This document shows positions 27,353 through 41,320 of a stretch of DNA of 64,000 nt, piece after piece (the stretch's first letter is position 1; each line of letters begins with the position of its first letter). The translations under genes and the position numbers were made by a program. The stretch comes from the human T2T-CHM13v2.0 reference genome, Homo sapiens, in the NCBI RefSeq assembly GCF_009914755.1, contig NC_060929.1, one strand, 5' to 3'. Under the pieces are notes generated by a model, which had not been told where the DNA came from, searched no databases, and saw only the letters and a list, made by a program, of their open reading frames with translations.

Positions 27353-28309
27353 TGGACGCACACCAGCAATGCCTGCTTTGTATCCTTCCCAAAACATGAG
27401 CAGTACAGGTGCACAGTGGCACCTGGGCATGGCCAGGAGCCCACCTGCAGCTTAGACACTGGTGCTGTGCCTGCCCAACTCGGTGGATGGCACCCACAAC
27501 TCTGGACGTGAAAGGAAAGGTGGGTGGGTCCACGATTGGACCATTGTGGTATTTTAAAAAGTCAGCCACAACCTGCTAAGGTGAGGGCACTGCGGAGACC
27601 ATTCAGTGACTCAGATGCCCACCTTGCCCTTCCCTGGGCCTTGGATGGGGGAGAAGGAGCAGCCAACCCCCCCTTGGAGGCATTTGAGGGACTGGTCAGT
27701 TAGGGCTGTTCCTGCAAGTCCCTGGAGCCCATGGTACAGGCCTGTGGGCCAGGATGCTGAGGCAGAGACACCAGATGCTCCTGCTGGGGAGGCCAGGTGG
27801 GTCTCAGGGCATCCCAGGTCCCAGGTCAAGCTTGCCTGAGCTTGACTGAGCAAGGGAACTGGGTGCTGCAGAGGGGGCGGGGCCCTCTGTCCTTTGGGCA
27901 GCATGTCAGAGCCTCAAGGCAACCCCAGTTCCTGGGACAGTGTGTTTGGAGGCAGATGGCCAGGCCCCGCAGTCAGGACTCTGCAGGTGGCCAGTGTTTC
28001 AGCATGAGGGGAGGAGCCAAGCCGAGAGTGGCTGGGTGGGCAGTGGGTGGAGAGGCTCATACCCTGATGTGGCTCCCATGCTGGTCATCAGCCACCTGCC
28101 TGGCCAGGTAGCTGCAGGCTGGATCAGGTGTCACAGGGGAGCGCCTGCCTCCTCCTCACCCTGATCTGTGTGTGCAGCTCAGGCCTCTGCCCAGTGCCAC
28201 ACCAGAGCCAGTGCCCATGGCTGCCTCCCTGGGCCTCACCTCATGCACTTTCACTCCAGGACCTGCAATTGTCCTTTCCTTCCATTTCTTTCCTGATTTC
28301 TCTTCACTA

Positions 28310-29312
28310 TACATCAATCCATCATCTATTATCTATCAATCAATCATCTATCTATCTATCATCTATCACTGTCATCTATCAATCCATCACCAATCTATCA
28401 TCTATCTGTCATCTCTATAATCTATCAACTGTCTATCATCTATGAATATATGAAGTACATGTGTGTGTATGTATCTATCTCCATCCATCCTATTGTATAT
28501 CCATCCTATCTACCTACCTATCATCCATCCATCCACCCATCCATCATCCATCCATCCACCCATCCATCATCGATCCATCCATCCATGCTATCCAGCTACC
28601 TATCATTCATCCATCCACCCATCTGTCCATCATCCACCAATCCACCCATCATCCATCCATCCATCCATCCACCCACCCATCCATCATCCATCCATCCATC
28701 CATGCTGTCCAGCTACCTACCTATCATTCATCCATCCACCCAAACATCCATCATCCAGCAATCCACCCATCATCCATCCACCCACCCGTCATCCATCCAT
28801 TATCCATCCATCCATCCATCCTATCTAGCTACCTACCTATCATTCATCCACCCATTCACCCATCCATCATCCATTCATCATCCATCCATCCATCCATCCA
28901 TGCTATCCAGCTACCTACCTATCATTCATCCATCCACCCAGCCATCCATCATCCAGCAATCCACCCATCATCCATCCACCCATCCATCCCATCCATCATC
29001 CATCCATTATCCATCTGTCCATCCTATCTAGCTACCTATCATTCATCCACCCATTCACCCATGCATCATCCATTCATCCATCCATCCATCCATCCATCAT
29101 CCATCCATCCATACTATCCAGCTACCTACCTATCATCCATTCCTCCATCCACCCATCCATTATCCATACATCCAGCCAGCCAGCCTTCCATCCACCCATC
29201 CTATCTATCCATTCTATCTACCCACCTATCATCCATCCATCCTATCCACCTACTTACCTAGCATTCATCCATCCATCCATCCATCCATCCATCCATCCAT
29301 CCATCCATCCAA
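28310..29312. repeat. Complex (TCTA)n/(TCCA)n tract, ending in a pure (TCCA)n run
   Basis: Tetranucleotide periodicity; ~200-bp internal higher-order duplication around 28680-29060. Confidence 0.92.
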
Positions 29313-30429
29313 TCTATTCACTGTCTCCACCTAATTTCTGACATCTCATCTTTGTAATTTGTTCTCCAGTGAGCATCTTTTCACATGCACTGGTGTTTGT
29401 TTTGCCTCCTCCTGGGGCTGCCTATTCTTCCTAGCTGGAGCACTAGGCTCTACGTTGTCCTTGTGGTATTTTTCTTTGATTCTGTAACATGCCATGGTCC
29501 TGCAAACACACCCCTTGGCTTCATTTTGGCCTTTCTGGGGTCCAGACGCCCTGCTGACTTCATGGTTTGTCTGGCTCCAGCTCTGCACTTGTGGGCCCCC
29601 GGCCACAGCTGATTTTGCTGCCCTGGTTGTCCTCCTCTCTCTTCCTTGGCTCCCGTGGGCCACACGCCTGCTGCACCCATGGCTCCTGTCTCCACAGGGC
29701 TTCCCCTTCAGTGCTGCAGGCACACTTCCACCCCCACCCCCACCCAACTGCTTTGCAGGCTCATAGGTGCCATGTCCAGGTGCCCTCTCTCACTGCACCT
29801 GTCAGCTGCTGCCTCCCTGGGGCTTCCTGGGAGGCTTGCAGCCATGCCCGCCCATCCCTTCTCCCCTTCCTTCCCACTTCTGCCTTGGGTTTACACTTGC
29901 CTCATGACCCCCAGACCTGGCTCCACCGGCCCACCCACACAGGGCAGCACCTCTCAACGGCCTCCTGCCTCATACCCCAGCTGAGATGGCCCTTCCCCTC
30001 TTGCTGCATTGTCCTCCCACAGCAACATGGATGCCCCTGGGCGGCTTTGGGGCCTGCCACCTCCCCCACTTAGTCCACCTGATTTCCAACGATGCCCCAA
30101 GGGAGCTGCCATTTTTGTCATGCCAGCCTTCCGCCAACAGCTGCTTCTGTTTCTGGGCCTGTTTGCCAGGAAGGGTGCAGCCCTTTCTCCTCCCTTTCTG
30201 GACAAGGGTCCCATCCCCCATGGCCCAGCTGAGTCTCCTCTCTCCGGGAGGCTTTCTCCAAATATTTTAACCCTGAATTATGTCTTCTTTTGCTGACCAA
30301 AGTTGCAGCCTGAGTCTAGATGGAGTTTCTGATGTAATTTGATTTAGATGACTCGTGCTGTATCACAGGTACTTGGGATTTGGCTTCCCGAGGAAAGAAC
30401 CCTGGTGTCTGCAAGTCTGACACCTCTCA

Positions 30430-30663
<234 letters not shown>

Positions 30664-30945
30664 TCACCAGGCTGCACAGGCAGGGCCCTTGGTGGGAGCA
30701 GACACTGGCACAAGGGCACCGGGTTGCCCTGACGGCTTGTCCTCTGATTGGGAGGCCCAATTCCCAAACATTTCCTGGGACGCCAGCTCAGCAAATGCTC
30801 CTTGGAGTGAGAAGGTCAGACACTTTCTGTCCTGCACACCCTCCCCAGGGATGGAAAGGGAAGAACAACTTGGCAGGGAAAGCACATTCCTTTTCTGCAT
30901 TCGGTCCGCCAGAGTAGCTGGGAGTGGCTGATGGGGGTTTTCTGA

Positions 30946-31383
<438 letters not shown>

Positions 31384-31469
31384 ATTTTTATCAACAAAAA
31401 AATCATCTTGTGTGTGCCTTCCTGCCAGAAACACTGCTGTGAGTGCTTCCCTCCTGAGGCCCTTCCCCA

Positions 31470-31790
31470 AACACAGCCACACGTGGACCCAAAACCCAAC
31501 TGTGCCGTGTGTCCGCCCAGCCCAGCCACGGCCACGTGTCCCCCCACCCACCCATGGCCGCGCGTCTACCCAAGCCAACCCGGCACAGCCACAGGTGTAC
31601 CCTCAATCATGGCCACGTGTACACTCCCAACCTGATTATGGCCATATGAGTCTCCCAAACTCAACCATGGCCATGTGTCCACCCCAACCTGGCCATGGCC
31701 ACATTGGTAGCACAAAACCCAACTGAGGCCACACGTGCACCTCCTGTCCAGCCACGGCCACATGTCCACTTGGTGGCCCCATGTCTACAG
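31470..31790. repeat. Degenerate short-period repeat with ggccac(g/a)tgtcc core, just 3' of exon 5
   Basis: Recurrent ggccacgtgt/ggccatgtgt motifs, with CACGTG at 31480, 31533, 31614 and 31732. Confidence 0.6.
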
Positions 31791-31817
31791 GCCCAATTGG
31801 TGACCCCCGAGCCTCAC

Positions 31818-31956
31818 CTTCCCTGAGGTCTTCACGCCCTTCCAGAGGCTGAAGTAGAGCAGCACGATGACCAGCACCAGGCAGGCTGTGAGCTGCCACC
31901 GCGGAGGCCCCAGGTCGTCGATGCCATGGCTCTGGTGGAGGTGCAGCACGCCACGT
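31818..31956 (-). CDS. SLC6A3: Exon 5 (139 nt; TM4)
   Basis: [46 protein letters not shown]; cag|...|gtgagg. Confidence 0.99.
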
Positions 31957-32294
31957 CTGCAGAGGGGAGTCAGCGGGGGACTCTGTGGGTGGCTGTCAAC
32001 CCACCTGGAACTGGACGGCTGAGCTTGTCCGGGGACCTGCCCTCCCCATCTCAGCAGGGCAGAAAGCATCCAGTCTGATGGACAAGAGATGCCTTCCAGG
32101 GAGGTCTGGCCCACAGGCCCTGGCAGAGGTGTCAGGGCCGCCCTTGAAACCCGTGGAGCACGTGGGAGGCCCAGGAAGCCCTGCCTCACCATCTGCCCTT
32201 GGCACCCCTGCTCACTGGAGCTGCGGAGGCGGAGGGCACCTTGGGTCTTTGAAGAAAAGGAGCCACAGAAACCAAAAGGAAGTTGCTGAGCAAT

Positions 32295-33324
32295 GCTGGG
32301 TGCCCACCACTGCCCAGTGCTGCCCAAGGTGCTGGGTGCCCACCGCTGCCCACGGTGCTGCCCACGCTGCTGGGTACCCACCGCTGCCCACAGTGCTGCC
32401 CACGCTGCTGGGTGCCCACCGCTGCCCACAGTGCTGCCCACGCTGCTGGGTGCCCACCGCTGCCCACAGTGCTGCCCACGCTGCTGGGTGCCCACCGCTG
32501 CCCACAGTGCTGCCCACGCTGCTGGGTACCCACCGCTGCCCAGTGCTGCCCATGGTGCTGGGTGCCCACCGCTGCCCAGTGCTGCCCATGGTGCTGGGTA
32601 CCCACCACTGCCCAGTGCTGCCCATGGTGCTGGGTGCCCACCACTGCCCACAGTGCTGCCCACGGTGCTGGGTGCCCACCGCTGCCCAGTGCTGCCCAAG
32701 GTGCTGGGTGCCCACCGCTGCCCACAGTGCTGCCCACGGTGCTGGGTACCCACCGCTGCCCACAGTGCTGCCCACGCTGCTGGGTGCCCACTGCTGCCCA
32801 GTGCTGCCCATGGTGCTGGGTGCCCACCGCTGCCCACAGTGCTGCCCATGGTGCTGGGTACCCACCGCTGCCCACAGTGCTGCCCACGCTGCTGGGTGCC
32901 CACCGCTGCCCACAGTGCTGCCCACGCTGCTGGGTACCCACTGCTGCCCAGTGCTGCCCACGCTGCTGGGTACCCACCACTGCCCACAGTACTGCCCAAG
33001 GTGCTGGGTACCCACCACTGCCCACAGTGCTGCCCACGCTGCTGGGTACCCACTGCTGCCCAGTGCTGCCCACGGTGCTAGGTGCCCACCGCTGCCCACA
33101 GTGCTGCCCACGCTGCTGGGTACCCACTGCTGCCCAGTGCTGCCCATGGTGCTGGGTACCCACCGCTGCCCACGGTGCTGCCCATGGTGCTGGGTACCCA
33201 CTGCTGCCCACAGTGCTGCCCACGGTGCTGGGTACCCACCGCTGCCCAGTGCTGCCCATGGTGCTGGGTACCCACCGCTGCCCACAGTGCTGCCCACGCT
33301 GCTGGGTACCCACTGCTGCCCACA
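32295..33324. repeat. Intron 4 VNTR, mixed 36- and 38-bp units, ~28 copies
   Basis: The gctgggt(a/g)ccca anchor was counted 28 times from 32295 to 33301. Confidence 0.95.
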
Positions 33325-35439
33325 AGACAGCCCCAGGGTCCCTCTCCAGGGATGAGGCCGAGCAAACTCTAGCAATAATGCCAGGCACACAGGCACCAGC
33401 CAGCACTGTTTTCTGAGGGGATGGCTCACGACACCTGCTCACAGCCCCTGCTGCTATGAGGATTCCACAAGGAACAGATTCAGTGGATGACTCTGCTCCA
33501 GCAGGAATCACTCGCAGTTCCACTGTTTTTTGAAGGATCCCTCAGAAAGGGCAGAACAGAGGGTGAGGGATGGAGCTGACCATCGGCTGTGCTCCTTGCC
33601 CCAGGCACAGGTCCTGGGCCCCCTGTCTGTGGGAACTCATTCCATCCTGGTGACACTCTCTGTGGGAGAACATGCACCAGGCTACATGCAGTCAGCTGCG
33701 TCACCACTGCAGACTGTGACTTGGGGCCAAGACAACTGTAACAGCCGTGCCGCTGCCACCGTAGAGTCAGGAGCTGTGACAGACAGAAGCCGCGTTATGA
33801 AAGGAGCTCCCACTGCCCAGGTTTGCTTCTGTTGTGGGTCCACTGAGGTCCCCAGGAGATAAAACCTGACACCCATGGTGGAGCCCGGCCGAATGCAGCC
33901 TTGGGGAGCTTTCCACCAGCTGCAAGGCATTCCAGGGCCATGTCCCAGGAATTCGGCTCTTCAAACTCCAGACACCCTGGCTGTTGCCAACAGGGAAGGC
34001 CCCACGAGCCCTGAAAGCGCTGGACAGTGCCTCCGTCCTATCCTGGAGGGCGCCCAGGCAGAGGCCCCAGGTTGGCACAGGCCCCAGGTTGGCCGGGTGG
34101 GCAGATGGCTGCACCACTGAAACCATCGCCACCATTCTCTGCTCTTCTCCAAGGGCAAGCCGCTCAGTCAAGAGGCTATCCGTCACCCGCACTGTGCAGG
34201 GAAAGTTGTCTGAGCTGGTGGAGGTCACGCCTGCCCTTCCTGGGGCAGTGGGGACTCCCAGGGCCTTCTTCTCACTCCTCCTGCCACACACCAGGCTCTG
34301 CCCCTGCTGGCCAGTCCCCGTCGTTCTGCTCCCCCAGCAAGGTCTCATCACTGAGAGCTTCTGAGGCCTCCCAGCAACTTTGTGCAGCCCGGACCACTCC
34401 TCCCTCACTGCCCATGGTGTCACTGACCCCAGCATGCCACCCGCCCACGCCTTGGCAGCCTCAGTGCCTCACACACACACGTGCATGAATTATACACCCA
34501 GACCAGACAGCACACCCTCTCCCCTTGCCCAGGTGCCTGGAGAAAAGGCAAACTCAGTCAATGCCCATACATGGCACAGGCCCTCCTGGACCAGAGGGGG
34601 AGGCCCAGGGAAAGTGCGCTGCCCCACTCAGGGCCTTCTCACAAGGTTGCGTCCACAGCACACACAGCTGGCTCAGCATTAAACATGAAAGCAACTTCAG
34701 ACGCAGCACCTTGACACACTGGGTCGAGCCCCTTCTCGAGATTAGAAAGTCACTGTGCTTTGAGGTTATTTGAAAACCCACAGACAATTTAGAGAACCGG
34801 ACACTCCTGAGTGCTGTCAACCTGAGAAGAGGGGTCCCCAGAGCTGACCACAGCATGGGAACCAGCCATGCCAGGAGCAGGGGAAAGCTGTGCGTCTCCC
34901 AGCATGTCCATGCTTCTGAGGGCAGGGCAGGCGAGACCATCAAAGGACATCCGGGAAGGGGCATAAGTGCAGGCCTACGTGCAGGTGTTTCATAAGCCAT
35001 AATAGTTGGGAGGACCAGAAAAGTGTTGGCCCAGGATGTTCACCAGGCGTGGAAAAGACACAGCACCTCCCAATTTCTACTGGGCTCTTTTTCCTGGTGA
35101 ATTCCTGGCCATGATTCAATTGGGTGACAGTGGAGCCACTGGTGGTGATCCAGGCATGCTCAGGCCTCCCATGCATCATTGTGATGACCTCACAGCAGCC
35201 CTCTCACCCCGTTTTACCAAGAGGGAGCCAAGGCAGTGAGGTGGTGAAACAAGCTTCCAAAGGATAAAATTGTGCCAAAGCACGTTAACTTCCTATTAGA
35301 ACAAATCTAACACTCTCTAAACAAAGACGACAAGAGCTAAATACCCATTAGTATAAAACTCACCAAGTCTAGCATCTAATAAAAAATTACTAGACATGAC
35401 AAGAAGCAAGAAATGTGATCTACAACCAGAGGAAAATCA

Positions 35440-36905
35440 GTGAACAGCTACTTCACATGATATAGAAAAATTAACCCAAAATGGATAAAAGAGCCAAATA
35501 TAAGGGCTAAAACCATAAAACTCTTGGAAGAGAACATAGGGTAAATTTTCACAATCTTGGACTTGGCAATGGTTTCTTAGATATGACACAAAAGATGAAT
35601 TAGACTTCATCAAAATTTAAAACTTTTGTGCACTGAAGGATGCTATCAACAGAGTAAAAAGGAAAACTACAGAATGAGAGAAAATATTCGCAAATCACCT
35701 ATTAATCTGAAAAGAGAATAATATCTAAAATATGTAAAGAACTCCTAAAACTCAACAACAAAAAAACTGACAGCCCAATTCAAAAATGGGCAAAGGACTT
35801 GAATAGACATTGCTCCAAAGATGGTATACAAATGGCCAATAAACACATGAAGAGATGCCCAACAGTCACTAATCATTAAGGAAATACAAATCAAAAATAC
35901 AATGACAGACCACTTCACACCCATTAGGATGGCTATGATCAAAACAAACAAGCAGAAAGTAAGTGTTGTCAAGGATGTGGGGAAATCAGAACCCTTGTTC
36001 CGATTTGCATCCACTGTGGGAAACAGTGTGGTGGTTCCTCAAAAAATTAAACACAGAATTATCACATAGCTCCAGCAATTCAACTTCTGGGTATCTACTC
36101 AAAAGTAGGTACTCAATATTGAGGTTCATAGCAGCATGTTTTTACAGTAGCCAAAATGTGGAAGCAACCCAAATGTCCATCAAAAGATAAATAGATCTGG
36201 CCAGGTGTGGTGGCTTACATTTGTAATTGCAGTGCTCTGGGAAGCTGAGGCGGGAGGATTACTTGAGCCCAGGAGTTTAAGACAGGCCTGGGCAACATGG
36301 CAAGACCCCACTTTACAAAAAATTTTAAAAAATTAGCTGGATGTGGTGTCACATACCTGTAGTCCCAGCTACTTGGGAGTCTGAGGCAGGAGGATTGCTT
36401 GAGCCCAGAAGGTCAAGCCTGCAGTGAGCCGTGATCATACCACTGCACACTCCAGCCTGGACAACAGAGTGAGATCCTGTCTCTAAAAAGGAAAAAGATA
36501 AATGGATAAACAAAACATGATATATCCATACAATGGAATTGAAATATTATTTGGCCTTAAAAAGGAATGAAATTCTGGTTCTGAAATTCTTCAATAAACC
36601 TTGAAGACATATGCTAAGGAAAATAAGGCAGTCACAAAAAAATAAGTGATTCTACTCAGAGGAGGGACCTAGAGTAGACAAATTCACAGAGACAGAAAGT
36701 AGAATGGTAGCTGCCAGGGGCTGCAGTGAGGGAGGATGGGGACTTAGTATTTAATGGGGACAAAATTTCAGCTTTGGAGGAGGAGAAAGTTCCAATGGAT
36801 GATGGTGATGGTTGCACAACATGTGATTGTACCTAATGCCACTGAACTGTGCACTGAAAAATGGCTAAGGTGGTAAAAGCAATGCTATGTATAGCTTACC
36901 ACAAT
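35440..36905 (+). mobile_element. L1MB-type ORF2 end and 3'UTR, interrupted by AluJ
   Basis: ttagacttcatcaaaatttaaaacttttgtgc, aaatgtggaagcaacccaaatgtccatc, gacagaaagtagaatggtagctgccagggg. Confidence 0.85.
36199..36495 (+). mobile_element. AluJ, full length
   Basis: J-type ggaggattgcttgagcccag; TSD AAAAGATAAAT(A/G)GAT. Confidence 0.93.
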
Positions 36906-36939
36906 AGCCCCCCAAGAAGGCAAAATACTTTTGTGTAAA

Positions 36940-38320
36940 GCCCAAGCTGAATCACTGCCAGCAAGTCTACGCTATGAGAAATGTTAAAGGAAATTCTTTA
37001 GATGGAAGGAAGATGGTCTTAAATGGAAACCCCAATCTACATACAGGACCGGACAGCACTAGAGATGGTGCCTATGCAGGTAAATATAAAACATTTCTTT
37101 GTTAGATTTATTTAAAATGTAAATGCTTAAAGCAGAAATAACAGCAAGGTATCATGGAGTTGATACATATTGTAGAAAAAATCTATGACAACAATTGCAC
37201 AAAGGATGTGAGGAAAACAGAAGTCTACTGTTGTAGGCCCTTCTGCTCTGTGAAACGGTATCATGTCACTTGAAGGTCAGTGTTGTAAACCCTATAAAAT
37301 CCACGAAGAAATGAAAACAGAAAGCTATAGTTTATTAGCTAATAGTGTTGATAAAATGAAAGCCTAAAAAATTAATTCAAAACAGGGAATAAATAGAGGA
37401 AACAAGAAACAAAGAAGAGAGGGGGCAAAAAATTAGCACAATGAAAGACTTAAAGCCAGCCATGCTGACAATTATTGAATGGAAACTCTAATTAAAAAAC
37501 AGAGATTGCCATATTGGATAAAAAGCACAACCAACTCGATGGTGTCTACAATAAATCCATTTTATATATAATGACACATATAGTTTAAAAATAAAAGGCT
37601 GGAAAAGATAATACCACACAAACAGTAATGATACGAAAGTTGGGGTGGCCATATTACTATCAGACAAAGTAGACTTCAGAATGAGAAATCTAACCCAGAA
37701 GGATAGTTCAAATGGTAAAGCGGTCAATTCAAAGACTAATAATAATAAACATGTATGCACTTCATAGCAGAGTTTCAAAATATGTGAATGAAGCAAATAC
37801 TGATAGAAGTGAAAAGAAATAGACAAATCTACAGTTACAGTTGAGATTTCAGTACCCCTTTCTCAGTAACTGATAGAGCAAGTGGACAGAAAACCAGTAA
37901 GGATGTAGAAAACCTGAAAAACACAGTGACCTAACATAACCTCTCTGACATTTATGCAACTTTCCAACCAAAGACAGCAGAATACATATTCTTTCTAGGT
38001 GCATGTGGAACATTCACCAGTGTAAACCATCTAGTAGGTCATAAACAAGTCTCAATATATTTTAAAATATTAAAGATGTATAAGCATATCATCTTGCCAA
38101 AACAGAATTAAATTAGAAATCAATAACAAAAATACCTAGCAAACTTCCAAATATTTCAAATTAAACAACAAACTTCTAAAAATGCCCTGTTAGTCAAATA
38201 GAAATCAAAAGAAAGATTAGGGAATACTTTGAACTGAATGAAATGAAAACACAGCATATCAAACTTTGTGGGATGCAGCTAATGCAGTCCATTTGAGGCA
38301 AATTAATAGCTTTAATTTAT
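36940..38320 (+). mobile_element. Older L1M fragment (inter-ORF and ORF2 endonuclease region)
   Basis: atcagacaaagtagacttcaga, cagcagaatacatattcttt, gaattaaattagaaatcaataac. Confidence 0.75.
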
Positions 38321-41320
38321 AACTTTATAATTTATATTAGGCAGTGTCGATAAGTATTTATGGAAGTGGGGAAACTGTAAACTGGTCACAGTTATGTGGT
38401 CCTGTGTTGGGGTTTTGAAATGAAAACACAGCATATCAAATGTGTGGGATGCAGCCAATCAATAATCTCCAGGTTCCTACAAGGAAGGGTTCCTTTTATT
38501 TCTCTCCAGGAACCATTTCTGCCACCTCCCTCTGGTGGGTGGGCTGCTGCCCAAGAAGGAAGTGGCAATGCAGGAAGGCTGGCTGGGACCCCTGGGGGCC
38601 AGGGGTGCCAGCAACTCCCACAGGATACGTTTCATTTGCCAACCCTGAGGAACACTGGGTGTAGGAGCCAGCACTGCACACGGCATTCATGGCACATGGA
38701 GGAAGCACCATTAGTGGGGCAGCTCAGCAGTCTTTTCTGACTTAGGGCCCAGAAGACATGGCCAGCGTCTCACCCAGGCCTCACGGTTACTTCCTGAGGA
38801 CCTGTAGTAAAAACGCACGATAAAGCCCTTTCAGATCTACTCTTGCTAACATCTTAGTTGTCAAATTTATGACACGTCATGTTTCGTACATTGTGTAGGA
38901 AACTCAATCCCTTTTGTGTTTACTGACAAAGTCAGGCATGCCCATTATCTAGGACAAAGAGCTGCACTGTCACACATCACAGCCACTCTGGCCTTTATGG
39001 CCTTTCACAGTGAGACATCCACTCCCTGATTACATGCGCTGGCAGGAACCCGACATCCTTTGTCCAGTGATCTGCTTTATAAAGCAGGTTTGAAATCCAG
39101 AACACCCCTGGCAGACCTGAGTACGTTATGACTGTCCTCCCTGCTCCCCAAGAGTCACTGGGGCCTGTTTCAGGGGAACCTCAGTCCCACTGGTGGGAAA
39201 ATCACCTTCAGAAGGTGTGGGAGGAGTGCCAAGCACCTCAGTGCCTTGGGTCATTAATCATTTGTGAATTGATCTTAAACCTTCTCCAACTCCCCACGTC
39301 TGCTCTTGAGCTGCCGCCAGCTAAAGTGTACCACGTGCCAGTGCGGACAGGGCTTCTGAGTGAAGGGCTGGGCACCTTTCTGTTTCCTTCCTTCCTTCCA
39401 GACTGAGAACTTCCAAATAGACTTCGCTAGTCTGATCGTTTAAAATAATAACACGTGTTCTTTCCTTCTAGCATTCTTAACAACGAATCACTGGACTAAT
39501 CACTACACTAAGTTTTCCTCTCCAATTCTGTTATCTGAACATCACTTCAATGAGTCAACATTTCCCACACTGCCCAAACAAAAGGAAGGCAGTCCCCACA
39601 TGGCAGCACTTGGCAGCTTTAACAGGGCGTTGGGTACCGGGAACTCTCAGGCTCTTGCCCTGGTGGCACCTCTGCGGCCACTGCCCCTGGCTCTGTGTGC
39701 CCCCCACTTTCTCCTGCTGTCCCCTCTCTTTGATCACATGCTAACCCTGAGAGCTGGGCACACAGCAAGAGCACATGCAGCCCAGGCCTGGGGTGTTCAT
39801 AGGGTGTTTAATTAGGGAAATGTAGGTGTGAACAGGCCATCCACACGCAATGGGAGTTTTCTCCCTCGAGAATGTTAAAATCTACTTGGACAAATGGTGT
39901 GACTGTGCATTATTTGGACAATTTTATCATTTCCCGCTTGCCTGTCACCCACGAGAGTCCTGCCCAGACTCTCCCACGACCTTGCCTGCAGCTGCGCTTC
40001 CTATGGCGATGCTCGTCCAAGTGTCTTCAGGCAAACAACCAGGACTCATCCCGGGTGCATCTTCTCTCCCGCCTGCCCCACCTTCTGAAACCAGCCCTCC
40101 TCCCATGAGCGTCTTCCTGGCGCCCCAGCCTGGACTCTCTCTCCTCCTGCTGGGTACTTGGTGGGCCACTCTCTCCCATCGTGGCACCGTCCTCCTCAGA
40201 GTTCGTCACTCTTGTCCACTCCCAAACCACAAGAAAGGCCCACACAACGCTCACCCCACGCGACCCATGGTCTTCCTCATGCTCTAAGAAAAACGCCGGG
40301 TGGCCCCCCAAAACCTGCCTCCGCCCCGGCTCCTCACCTCCAAGGCCAGTCCCGGCAATATGCTTCCATGCCCGAGGAGGAATTCTAGAACCAAGCACTT
40401 GGGTTCTGAATATCTGAGTGCAGAGCAGTTTGAGAGACCGAATGCCTGCCCACCATGAGAACTGGTCCCTTTCCGGCAGCATCAGCCCTACTTTCTCCAA
40501 GCCACACCCTCCGGCCTGCCCGAAGGCTCCATCTCAGCCATCTCTGACAAGACCCCCAGGAGAGGGCGAAGGTCCCTTCCTTGCAGGAAAAGACCTCAGT
40601 GATGTCTGTTGATACGGTTTTCAGATATAGAAAGCATCTCTCTGGGAGGCTGTGCGCCCCGAAGGTGCCCTTGCAGACCAAGACCAAAGTTCTCGGGGAT
40701 GATCCTCCCCCAGCAGAGGCGAGGTGGGGGCTTCTCTGCTCACCTCCCGCCTGGCTGTTCCTATCACCGTGACTTGTACAAACTTAACATGAGATGCTTC
40801 ATTTGCTTTCAAGCTCCCTGTTTTCTGACTCAAAACAAATTTTGCAAAGGCACCTACTGGCTGTTAAAACTGGAATTAGTCTTACTGGTCAAAGTTCCTT
40901 TTCCTACCTTGAAGTGGACTCATTTTGGCATATAAACGTGAATAAGATGCGTCTAACCAGGCAAGCGAGCCCCCCAAACAGGAGCGCCCTGGCTGACGGG
41001 AAACACTGGATCTGGGGAGAATCGCGCAAACGTCCTCTCCTCCTCTCCAAAATGACGGCTGAGTCGAAGAGTCCGCCTGTCAGAACGGCGACCCGGCACG
41101 AGGCCCCAGGCCCGGCTGGCGAGGGCAGGAAGATGTGGATGGCACCCGCCAGATCCAGATTCCGGGAGGGGTCCAGGGGAAACAGGGAACCCCTGGGTGT
41201 CAGTAACGACCCTTCCAGGCTGGGCCAGGCCATTGGTGACGAGGGAGGGCCAGCAGGAGCTGGCACGGGGCCCAAAAGGACTTCATCGGAGACATCGGGG
41301 TCCAGGAAAGCAGGTGCTGC

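Noticed and set aside
28450-29261. His/Pro/Ser/Ile-rich ORFs (similar ones at 43370-44173 and 50082-50511)
   Set aside because: Simple-repeat translations.
31785-33523. 400+ aa Cys/Pro- or Trp/Gly-rich ORFs
   Set aside because: Artefacts of the intron 4 VNTR. Only the exon 5 part is real coding sequence.
38760-39560. Possible ERV-internal or other old repeat (also ~44360-45380)
   Set aside because: The composition shift is suggestive, but I could not match a family without a Dfam search.
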